DNA of 37,633 nt from Paraphysomonas bandaiensis (lineage: Eukaryota; Protista; Chrysophyceae). A program made the position numbers and the translations under genes. A model generated the notes under the pieces. That model was not told where the DNA came from, did not search any database, and saw only the letters and a program-made list of their open reading frames with translations. Shown piece by piece: positions 1-9,911 of this stretch. Within the stretch, counting starts at the first letter, position 1, and every line of letters begins with the position of its first letter. The stretch lies in the NCBI GenBank assembly GCA_965644295.1, contig CBFFRP010000336.1, positions 1 to 37,633 of the forward strand. The letters are read 5' to 3'.

Positions 1-287
1 TCATAAATATTACTGGTTTTATATCCTATATAATGCTGTATGTTTCCACTATAAAAAGCAGTACTCCTGCTTCTCTGTCCAGTACATTCCAATGGTCACA
101 CTTCAGCAGTTGCTTACAACAACCATCCGCTACCATGTCAAGTTATGACACAATTGGATGATTAGTAAGTTAACTGGACGTGTATTCACTCATGAATCAA
201 GTTAATATAAGAGAAGAATATAATAAATACAATAAACTATATATCACGTTATCTCTACTACCACTCATTTCTAGTACGATCTTACAT

Positions 288-515
288 TGTTGAGTTCTGC
301 AATATGATGTGATATATATTGTGCAATTGAAGTGAGTTAACAGTGTGCACCAATAGGTAAAGTCAACTCATAGTAGGTGTAACGGGTGATTATAGTTACA
401 AAGGAATTAAATTCAGTTACTGATGTGTGACTATACAAGATATAGAACTGACTGATGAACATATGATAAACAGATGTTGCTAAGAACAGATGTTTCAACA
501 TATGTTACACGAATA
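288..515 (+). repeat. Copia 5' LTR, first part
   Basis: Matches 14661-14882 of the 3' LTR apart from two 3-bp insertions; ends at the TA where the TIR element inserted. Confidence 0.95.
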
Positions 516-1499
516 CAGGGGGGATTCGAAATAAACAACAGATTTCAGTTTTTTTTTCAAAAATACTTTTTTTTGACTTTTTTTCATCATTTTATGATTT
601 TGATAGTGAAGTGATCATGATGCATCCCTCTTAAGACAAGCATCACACACACATCATCCACACCCCTCATACGATGCTCTCACCCCCACAATAACAACAC
701 ACGAGATCAGAGTAAGTTCATGTGACCATATGCATATCTCATAACCCTATATTAGGCCTAACAAGAGGGAAGAGAGAGCAGCCATATCCATCGGATGAGA
801 ATCACAGAGATGAGCACACAGCAAGAGGAAGGAGGGACGAGACTCCTCTCTGAGCCCTCGGGGACTGAGGAACAGCGATCAGAGTAAGTTATTCGATCTG
901 GAGAGGGGCCGAAAGGCTCTGTGCAGTCAGCATATTCAGACTGCTTCGACGGTCTCTGTTCACATCAGCACAGAGCAGCGCACACACGCAGCTGATATGA
1001 CTGCGAATGAGATCTGCCATCAGATATCTGTCTATTCATTTATTGGGTATCCCTCTAATAGCGTTTTGGTCTGAGTTTGATGTCATCGGAGGTGTTATGT
1101 CGAGGTAACGGCTTTGTGTAGATATTGACTATGCCTTGTAATATACGTTGAATACAGACGTAATATCACTCCTAAAGCAACCTTAAGACAAACGTGGGAA
1201 AAATGTTCAAATTTGGGACTTTTGATTGAAAGCTATGTTCTACGAGTAATTTTAATGTTAATTTGTCCCGAAATGTTATTCGAGTAGTTTGCAAGAAGTT
1301 TTCATAATTATAGTATGATATTTTAATAAAATATATGATATATTCATTATTTATAAGTAGTTACCGTGGGGCTAGTACGTTTTTCCATAACTTTTGGGGC
1401 TGAACCTACTGCACTCTAGTATCTTTTCATTCATAAGGTACAATTTCTACTTCATAACTAGCACAAGTTCTATTGACTCTTTTCATGACGTTAGCAGCT

Positions 1500-4150
1500 T
1501 CCCTTCCATTCCTTCAGCTACTTCACCGACTATGAACTCTATATCATATTTTCCATTCTTGTATTCTAATACGGCACCATTAATATTGTAAATTTTCTGA
1601 TCTTTTCACCTATATTTCATAGAAGTGTTCGTGCCCACTACTATTCTCAGCACTACTATCGCCACAAGTTTCAATGCATTGCGTCGATGACCTCATTTCC
1701 AATATCTTCACTCAACTATATCTTCATTTCCACTTTCTTCACTCATATACTGCTTTCACTTGAACAGAGCTCTTCCTCACTGGGGAGCTGCTAACTTGAA
1801 ATCGTGAACGCTTCTTCTTATGGACAACCTTTCGACGAACAGTTCTACGCAACTCAAAATCACTGCCATCATAGGACACACCAGACAATACAACGGTCAA
1901 GATTGAGTGGGTCACGACGCCCTCCAGGAGTAGCCACATTCATCAACAATGACGCCATCGCCCTGTCCCCCAATGCAATCAACAAGTGCATTTATCTCCC
2001 CATGTGCAATCCAATCTTCCGCTACCACATTCTCAAATGAATTCATGGGGTCATCGCCTGGATGCAACCTGACCACTCCGCTTATTCCTCCAGTAAATCC
2101 TCTTGCCTCCACCTCGGATATTAATCATATGTCCTTGACGAACGAATCGGGATGCCATATCCGTTGGGGACTCTCTCCCCACAACTCAAAATTCCGACCT
2201 CATGTGCAGCCAGCTTTTTCCTTCTCTTCCACTTCCTGAAGACCTGAACTTATACCGGGAGAGCGTTCCTATTCACAACTTCTCCGTTAATCATACAGCG
2301 CTCAACACGCACACTGAGATCAACGTGGTTATCTGAACGCTTAAAGCCCCATCAACTCCATCGAACACAGCCCGTGGCGCACATCCACTGAAGATCGCTG
2401 GCTATACAGCGATCACTCAAGGGAACAACCTCCACAGGTTCCGCAGTTTCCCTTGAGAAAAGGATATCACCAAGTAAGTGGTATTCGAAGACGGTGGTGA
2501 TATATTCTGCTACCGTATCTACACGTAGAATTCTGACCTTGCCCACTCGTTCCCCATTCGCGGAGAGCAGATAGATGTTTCCTTGGAACTCTATTCGGCA
2601 TTCGTATAACACCGCATCTATCACTCCTCTGGACCCTTCATTAAAAGAGTAAGGGTCAGGAGGTTGAGAGGGCTATGACGATAGAATTACCATCCATCCA
2701 TGTAAATACCTTGGTCGATATCCTTCATCGGGTTATCGGAAACATCCGCGGACTTGGCATATCGTTTGGAAGAGTCGGAAATGATCTGACCTACGTCGTC
2801 TGCGCAGTATGCGCGGTAAAACACCCGTACGCCTTTGCTTAAGCACACTGTAGCAAGGGCCAGCGCCTCAAACGTCCACTGAAGTAGCGCCTTCTCACCT
2901 ATGATACGGGCATTTACGAGAGGGTCGACGTGATGTCGAGGGCTTCTTATAATCTGGAATGGCAAAGAGATCTTAAAGCACACGTGGGGTCTTATTCGTC
3001 GACAAAGCTTTCTCAATCTTAGCTTTATACTGTTGAGGGGTATTTATACATACTTCGATTGAATTGCTTTTCACAACAACATTCCAAACTTGGGAGTCGA
3101 TATCCTCCTGAGTGTGTCCTACCATCAGCCTGGTAAGAACAAATCGCTTGCACAGACGCCTTCTTGCTGCAATCAACTCGTACAAGGCAAACCAATCGAA
3201 TAGTCTTCTCCATGGTGTCCAAGAGACAATGCATCGCAACATTTGCACAATTATTAATTGTATGAAATGTACGATACAGTATATAATACTACCACGGTTG
3301 CGGTTAAAACGCCTTGAAGGTGTGCTGGGGCATGCTTTCCATGGTGAAAAGCATGCATCATCGTGATTTATTTTCCCTATCCATATGTGACTTATGGGTT
3401 CGTCGAAAAGTGTACTAAGAGCAGCATAGCATTGACATTTTCCTATCACTCCCTCATTACTACGTAGAGGATGCAGTGAACCCAGAGACGCAAATTGCTC
3501 CACAGATATTGCTCCACGTCCACATTAGTCAGATCGTTAATATACTTGTGGTGGACCTCCTTAATATATCGAGGTTCGAGATGAATATCCCCACCAAGAT
3601 GGGGTTGATAGTCACCCACTACGTGAAAGTGATCAATCATCCAACCATACGCAGATAATACCACGGGGCTTTTGGGGAGAGCTCTGTTGCTGCTACCTCT
3701 TTCTGCGTTAAATGAATTCCAAATGACTTTTTGCAAGACCAGCGAGAAGAGCAGAAGCAACTTGGCTACAGGCATTCAACTTCGCCTCGGTGTTAGTTGA
3801 GCCACCCTTCATATCATTGATAACACTGCCAACATGAGAAAAGGACACAGCGTACACATTGCAGAAACAGTCCTGTAAATAAAGAACCTAAACTTAACTC
3901 ATAATTCGTCCATAACTATATACCTTGCAGACACCACTGATTCTTGTAATCATTCTGTCCACTACCTACCAATCAATCCATGCAATTTGAAAGAAGACTA
4001 CGAATGAGTTTTTACTCCCGACGATTCATAAAATCACTCTCGTGGATACAGTCGAAAGCCAAATCCACAGCTGCATCATATTCCACGCAAAAGGCATATA
4101 TCATTGCAACATGTCGGCCTCACAATCACATCAGGATACTTCTTCAGTTC
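1500..4150 (-). pseudogene. Decayed putative transposase of the GHT-x-EDID (DUF7869-like) type; ends approximate
   Basis: Collinear fragments in shifting frames: VCK^DCF across a 51-nt GT-AG intron (3873-3923), WMIDHFHVVGDYQP..IHLEP, GKCQC, HLQGVL, CANVAMHCLL, RLMVGHTQEDIDS. Family recognised from memory of the motif. Confidence 0.7.
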
Positions 4151-4243
4151 AAAACGATCTACGATACACAATAATTTTAGTTCCATCGAATGAGGCAAAA
4201 TACATATATACTGTATGCTCAATTTACTACATATATAATATAC

Positions 4244-5603
4244 ATATCAAACAAACTGATGTGGACATATATGCCATGTGGGGCGCGGGTCCAGGGCGCT
4301 CAACCTTTCTATGACCACCGAATTTGCTCTAGAAAGGAGCTACCCTAGCGAGCGGCATCAGCCACAGCATTGCTGCTATGTAAGTCATAGTGGGAGCTCT
4401 CATGGGCCAGGGAATTACACCCCGTTAAACTCTATATACCATAAGGTCTACAGAGTAAGCCCTCGCAGTGGACTCGCACCACTTTAAGCACATGCCGAGC
4501 AAGGCCGCGCAAACTAGTACCCCTTCTCTACGTCTACCCCAGCATATACGAGCATACAGTATACTACTACATGATACATGATGTATGTATATATCAAACA
4601 AACTGATGTGGACATATATGCCATGTGGGGCGCGGGTCCAGGGCGCTCAACCTTTCTATGACCACCGAATTTGCTCTAGAAAGGAGCTACCCTAGCGAGC
4701 GGCATCAGCCACAGCATTGCTGCTATGTAAGTCATAGTGGGAGCTCTCATGGGCCAGGGAATTACACCCCGTTAAACTCTATATACCATAAGGTCTACAG
4801 AGTAAGCCCTCGCAGTGGACTCGCACCACTTTAAGCACATGCCGAGCAAGGCCGCGCAAACTAGTACCCCTTCTCTACGTCTACCCCAGCATATACGAGC
4901 ATACAGTATACTACTACATGATACATGATGTATGTATATATCAAACAAACTGATGTGGACATATATGCCATGTGGGGCGCGGGTCCAGGGCGCTCAACCT
5001 TTCTATGACCACCGAATTTGCTCTAGAAAGGAGCTACCCTAGCGAGCGGCATCAGCCACAGCATTGCTGCTATGTAAGTCATAGTGGGAGCTCTCATGGG
5101 CCAGGGAATTACACCCCGTTAAACTCTATATACCATAAGGTCTACAGAGTAAGCCCTCGCAGTGGACTCGCACCACTTTAAGCACATGCCGAGCAAGGCC
5201 GCGCAAACTAGTACCCCTTCTCTACGTCTACCCCAGCATATACGAGCATACAGTATACTACTACATGATACATGATGTATGTATATATCAAACAAACTGA
5301 TGTGGACATATATGCCATGTGGGGCGCGGGTCCAGGGCGCTCAACCTTTCTATGACCACCGAATTTGCTCTAGAAAGGAGCTACCCTAGCGAGCGGCATC
5401 AGCCACAGCATTGCTGCTATGTAAGTCATAGTGGGAGCTCTCATGGGCCAGGGAATTACACCCCGTTAAACTCTATATACCATAAGGTCTACAGAGTAAG
5501 CCCTCGCAGTGGACTCGCACCACTTTAAGCACATGCCGAGCAAGGCCGCGCAAACTAGTACCCCTTCTCTACGTCTACCCCAGCATATACGAGCATACAG
5601 TAT
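4244..5603. repeat. Tandem array, 347-bp unit, 3.9 apparently identical copies
   Basis: Units start at 4244, 4591, 4938, 5285; identical ORF translations recur at exactly 347-bp spacing. Confidence 0.98.
4283..4510 (-). ncRNA. Candidate structured RNA (228 nt), also at 4630-4857, 4977-5204, 5324-5551
   Basis: Closing stems GCGCGG/CCGCGC and GCTCGGC/GTTGAGC, two 5-bp hairpins with 7-nt T-loop-like loops, a GCAA tetraloop hairpin and further stems; G-U wobbles work only on the minus strand. Confidence 0.55.
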
Positions 5604-8600
5604 GCTATCTATATACATGTATATCTAACTCTCAGTCATGAAGACACTCAGCTACACTATAAGCATACAGCACACCAGCGGCACCACTAACCTGTGAGTG
5701 ACACATACTTGGAACGTGAAGAAGTCATAACCAAACTCTACCTCATCATAAGGGACAATCAGATTGTGTGTGTGTGTGCTGACAGCTCTGCTGAATATAT
5801 TTGAATTATCTCACTGCGAGTAACACACACACACACCTACATACATACATCCACATGTCCAAGTCTCTATTTTTGATGTGTGCTTGTTTTCATACGAAAA
5901 CCGTGACCCTCATCATCACCACGCATGACCCTCATCACCGTACTGTATACGTATATACGCAAAATACCACATCTAATTTTGAATGTAGGCATCATGGTCA
6001 CACATACATGCATGTACATATATAGACATGTAGACATGGACATAATGATGCGCATTAAGACGCACTGTGCCAGAGTATGATATAGTAATATCATGACTGA
6101 TTTAGATGCATTGCAAGAATGTATGGTTCAGGATACAACAGGGGACCTGAGTGAGAGCGATACGGGTGACGTCGCCATCACTGCACCCTGTACAGATGTA
6201 TGCACCCCATCTCCATCTGCCACATGTGCGGGTTGAGGTGGTTGTGGCAAGGAGTTCTCGATTGATGAGAAGGGCTCCGATTTTCATCATGGAGTGCTAT
6301 GTGCCGCATGTAATGGGATGTAATCATATGTACCCCACATCACACATATATACAGAGAGTGTACATGTTGTCACGTTCGTAGTATTCATCGAAGGTTCTA
6401 ATCTTGGAGATGCTCTTCAGTCTGACCTCACTACTGGTGATGGCACCCCTCTTTCACAACTTCCCTCTAGTCCCGTGACGTATTACAACGTAGAAGATTA
6501 CTTTTTTGATGATGATGACCCTGGTCATACTCTACCAAAGGTGACGACCCTCTTACTCCTCTGTCTCAGCCCGTTGCATATGAGGAGGTGAGTTCCCGTA
6601 GTATATATTAGTGATTCAATTTACTCCTTCTTACTATTTTCGGACAGTTGCTCCCCGGTTAATGGTTCTTTGAGGAGTAAGTTATTACATGTATACCCCT
6701 CTTTCACTTATGTACCATGCTGGTAGTATTAATACCGGTCAGTGTAGTTGTTGTGCTTGGTGTAAGTTTTTAAATGTTTTTTACTTATATTGTCGCTGTA
6801 TTACTTAGTTAATATTGTATATGTTTTATATTGATGAGGCTATTTCGATACTTACAGACGCAGTAATAACAATTTCGTTGTGCTGAGCACTGTCCTGAAA
6901 TCATTCTTGGAATATTGTTATTTTTTTAATAAAATAACAATAAGAATAGTATTGTATAGCTACTATAATATTATTACACAGTTTTAATAATATTAGATTA
7001 ATGAAAACGATAAGTATAGGATAGGGTACAAAGGGGTCCAAAACGTGGGAAAAATTTTTTCCCACGTTTGTCTTAAGGTTGCTTCTATTTCAAGAGCCAT
7101 TGTGGCAACCGCGTACGAAAGAACTGTGGAGGGGTGGATGGAAGTTGATATGCAGAATAAGCTCTCAAGGCGAGGGAGAACAAGTTACCTGCAGGATTAG
7201 TGGAAGTGGTAGGAACTGCGTATCTCATACCTTCGCTCTGGGTCTGTGACAACAGAGACCACAGTACTTGTCAATGAGTGACAGCAAGCTAACCAGTTGG
7301 TCCCGGAGTCAATATATTGGTCTTGTATTGTCCGCTTTTGCCTCAACAGTGAAGTTATTGACACTCATAGGCACCATAGCCAAAGAGTGGGAGGTGTGAG
7401 ATCCCGACACGTTGTAGTAAGTATAAAGGCTCAGTTCTGTCAGTCTGTCAATTCGTTGGGCTGTATCAGAGTGGGCTGCTACTCCCACAGCAAAGACGTC
7501 GCACCATTCACCTCTATTTTTTGATATGACACTGAAGTTTTACCTATATAAAATGGTAGCGGTGATAAAGGTATATTGCTCTGTAGCAACGACGGTACAA
7601 GTGCTAATGAAGTTGTACCGCAGGAGTGAGATTGGTGCTTTGGTGAAGGACCCTAATATCAGCTAGGTTGTACAGTTCACTCATACAACGGCAGAGAGAT
7701 GTACAGGATCAGAGGTCGATAACGACGGCGATATTCGAGCAATCCTGCAGTACCTGTTGCGATATGAAGGTGGTATAATATGTACATAATAATACGTATT
7801 GTTATTCCTCATTTATTTCTATACAATCAGGAGTTGACAGGCACTGGCGCAGTATATTCTGCATCTATTCTTACTGGAAAACGTGGCAGAAGTTCGGTTG
7901 ATTGTCGATTGTAAGTACTTTTAAGTAATCAATAGCCTTTGTATTGTATAGCACTATGTAGTACACATATATTATGTATAATGTAACCGTTTCATTCAAC
8001 ATTTTTTGGTCTGCAATTGATATAATTTTTATTATTTGTCATTGCAAACATGTTCTCTTCACATCTACTACACTAATTATTGCAATACGTATCATACACT
8101 CAACTTAAATCGACTTTCTCAAAATTTCAACAGGTTTGGCGGTTACATCGACTTATGACCATCTAATCGTTTTTCGTTTATGAGGAATGGCTACCAGAAG
8201 ATGAAATAGAGTCCAGTAGTGGTACTGGGATTAGTACCAGAAGAAGAAATTGCAAGGGGGCACTATAAAGGTCTGTGTGATGCTTGTATGTATATATCCG
8301 CCAGTGCATATAGCGTATATTTGACCTAATTTTTGGTGATAATATGTAGAAATCGGAGAAAATTCAAATAAGCAACGGGAAGTCGGATCAAGATAGCTTT
8401 TTTAACTCTTTACACAGGTGCAATATCATTTTTATCATTTTTATTCAATTTTCTTGAAATATTTTTATATCGGGAATACACATATATGATGTTTGTTTAG
8501 TTGTACTTGTACACTTATTTACGTGGCATATGTATCGAAAAATATAAATATTACTGTAGAATAGCCACTGCTATGTCATTGTGTTTCCTTTGCGCTGTAG

Positions 8601-8878
8601 ATGACGTTCTAATTCGTTTATTTCGTGCAGATATGCTATTTTCAAAATTGTGTCTATTTCACTATTCGATATATATTTGGTAAAAATCATGATTTTTTTT
8701 GGTAATTTGTGTGTAACTGTACAAGTAAATTAGAATAAGCAACGCCCATGTATTTCAAGATAGCATTTTATATAAGTGTTCATATGAATCTATCTACTAG
8801 AGCATCTACTAGCTAGCTAACTAGCTTAACTTAGCATAGCATTCATCGGACAGTTGTTTATTTCGAATCCCCCCTGTA

Positions 8879-9000
8879 TGTAGTGAAGTGTTCAGAATAA
8901 TAATCATAATTTCTTACTTGAAAGTGCATTGTGTTCAACAGCAAGGTTACGGTTTACGTGTAGAGCAAAGTTAACTTCAGTGAAATGTCCATTGTTAACA
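8879..9000 (+). repeat. Copia 5' LTR, second part
   Basis: TGTAGTGAAGTG...CCATTGTTAACA matches 14883-15008 with two 2-bp indels and one substitution. Confidence 0.95.
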
Positions 9001-9911
9001 TGGTAGCGAGTGGTAGCACTGAAGAGACGAAGGAGGACAACAAGGTGCTAAAGTTCGACAAGTATCAGGCGGAGGCGTCTGCTCAAAAAATAAGGATTCA
9101 TCTGATGAAGAAAAATCGGAACCACCTGGGGTTAGAGCCGAAACCTGCTGGAGGAGGCAAAGCACGAGAATTATGGCATGAGCGAAATGACACGTGTGTT
9201 GCAACGATTTGGGAGGCTTGTGAACATGACGCTGATGTATTGGAGGTTGCCAATCAATACATGGAGGCGAAGGCGTTACTTCCAGATGATGATCCCAATA
9301 AGGAAGTTTTGTCCAATGAAATGCTTCAGACGCTGGTGGATAGGTTTAGGGGAGAGTTGGGAAATGTACTCGAGAAGACTACAGCGGAATACCATAGCTT
9401 TAAAATTAGAGCCAATGAAAAGGTCGCTATTGGTATTGATAGGTTGAATGGGATAATACAGAAATTGACTAAGTTGGGACAACCGCCAACCGAGGAGAGC
9501 AAGCTCGCCAAGATCAAAAAGTCCATACATACTCCAGAGCTGAAGGAGTTGTGGTTAGCTATTGCAATGCTGCCTAAAGCAACGACCACGTATCAGATTG
9601 TTAAAGACGCGTGCGAAGAATTTGATGAGGCTAAACGACAACTGGAGGAGTTCGAAATTGACAAACAAGGAGAACAAGTCAATATGCTCGGACCACAAGG
9701 AGGTGTGAAGAATGTCAAATGCTCATTCTGTATGAAAAAAGGGCATACTGCAAGTGTGTGTCGTGTCAAACACAAAAATAAAATTTTCCAGAAGTTCAAG
9801 CGAAATGGGAAGGCTAAAGCAAAGAATATGAAGAAACTGGAGATGAACGAGTGTACCTGGATAGTTGTGCTGGAAAGCAGTTGTTTATCGTCAAGGATGA
9901 TAGAGTGCTAG
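8985..9911 (+). CDS. gag: Copia Gag (true Gag ends about 9830; the tail is out of frame)
   Basis: CCHC zinc knuckle CSFCMKKGHTASVC; position right after the PBS; ORF starts inside the LTR. Confidence 0.85.
   Translation: MSIVNMVASGSTEETKEDNKVLKFDKYQAEASAQKIRIHLMKKNRNHLGLEPKPAGGGKARELWHERNDTCVATIWEACEHDADVLEVANQYMEAKALLPDDDPNKEVLSNEMLQTLVDRFRGELGNVLEKTTAEYHSFKIRANEKVAIGIDRLNGIIQKLTKLGQPPTEESKLAKIKKSIHTPELKELWLAIAMLPKATTTYQIVKDACEEFDEAKRQLEEFEIDKQGEQVNMLGPQGGVKNVKCSFCMKKGHTASVCRVKHKNKIFQKFKRNGKAKAKNMKKLEMNECTWIVVLESSCLSSRMIEC
9001..9010 (+). promoter_or_regulatory. Primer-binding site TGGTAGCGAG
   Basis: Directly follows the 5' LTR and is complementary to a tRNA 3' end (...CUCGCUACCA); initiator-Met identity is inferred from similarity to the TGGTAGC class of Ty1/Copia PBSs. 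Confidence 0.8.

Larger units (their letters stand above)
1175..7084 (-). mobile_element. TIR DNA transposon with 3-bp TSD (CTA), 5910 bp
   Basis: Perfect 29-bp TIR AAGCAACCTTAAGACAAACGTGGGAAAAA (1175-1203 / 7056-7084) flanked by CTA at 1172-1174 and 7085-7087; encloses a decayed transposase-like gene. Confidence 0.88.
516..8876. mobile_element. TIR DNA transposon with TA TSD (Tc1/mariner-type ends), non-autonomous; about 2.45 kb once the nested element is removed
   Basis: Perfect 24-bp TIR CAGGGGGGATTCGAAATAAACAAC (516-539 / 8853-8876); TA on both sides (514-515, 8877-8878); single TA at the same site in the 3' LTR. No intact transposase recognised, so the superfamily is inferred from ends only. 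Confidence 0.9.

Noticed and set aside
4283-4510. Calling the unit a hammerhead, TPP/FMN riboswitch, RNase MRP or complete group II intron
   Set aside because: Only partial resemblances: no CUGANGA core, no TPP CCUGAU helix, FMN P3/P6 motifs absent, no GAAAGUCCC, no domain V.
4244-4590. 347-bp unit related to the 348-bp Copia LTR
   Set aside because: Similar length only; no sequence similarity.
4278-5528. Four identical 69-aa ORFs as a peptide gene cluster
   Set aside because: GTG starts, no recognisable motif; explained by the tandem repeat.
4244-5603. CRISPR-like array
   Set aside because: Units appear identical along their whole length, with no variable spacers and no cas genes.
7085-8852. 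Tc1/mariner transposase or Fanzor nuclease in the TA-TSD element
   Set aside because: No DDE/D or RuvC motifs recognisable; only short broken frames.
9815-9850. Programmed gag-pol frameshift
   Set aside because: No canonical slippery heptamer in the overlap, and other lesions show the copy is damaged; a deletion or indel is simpler.
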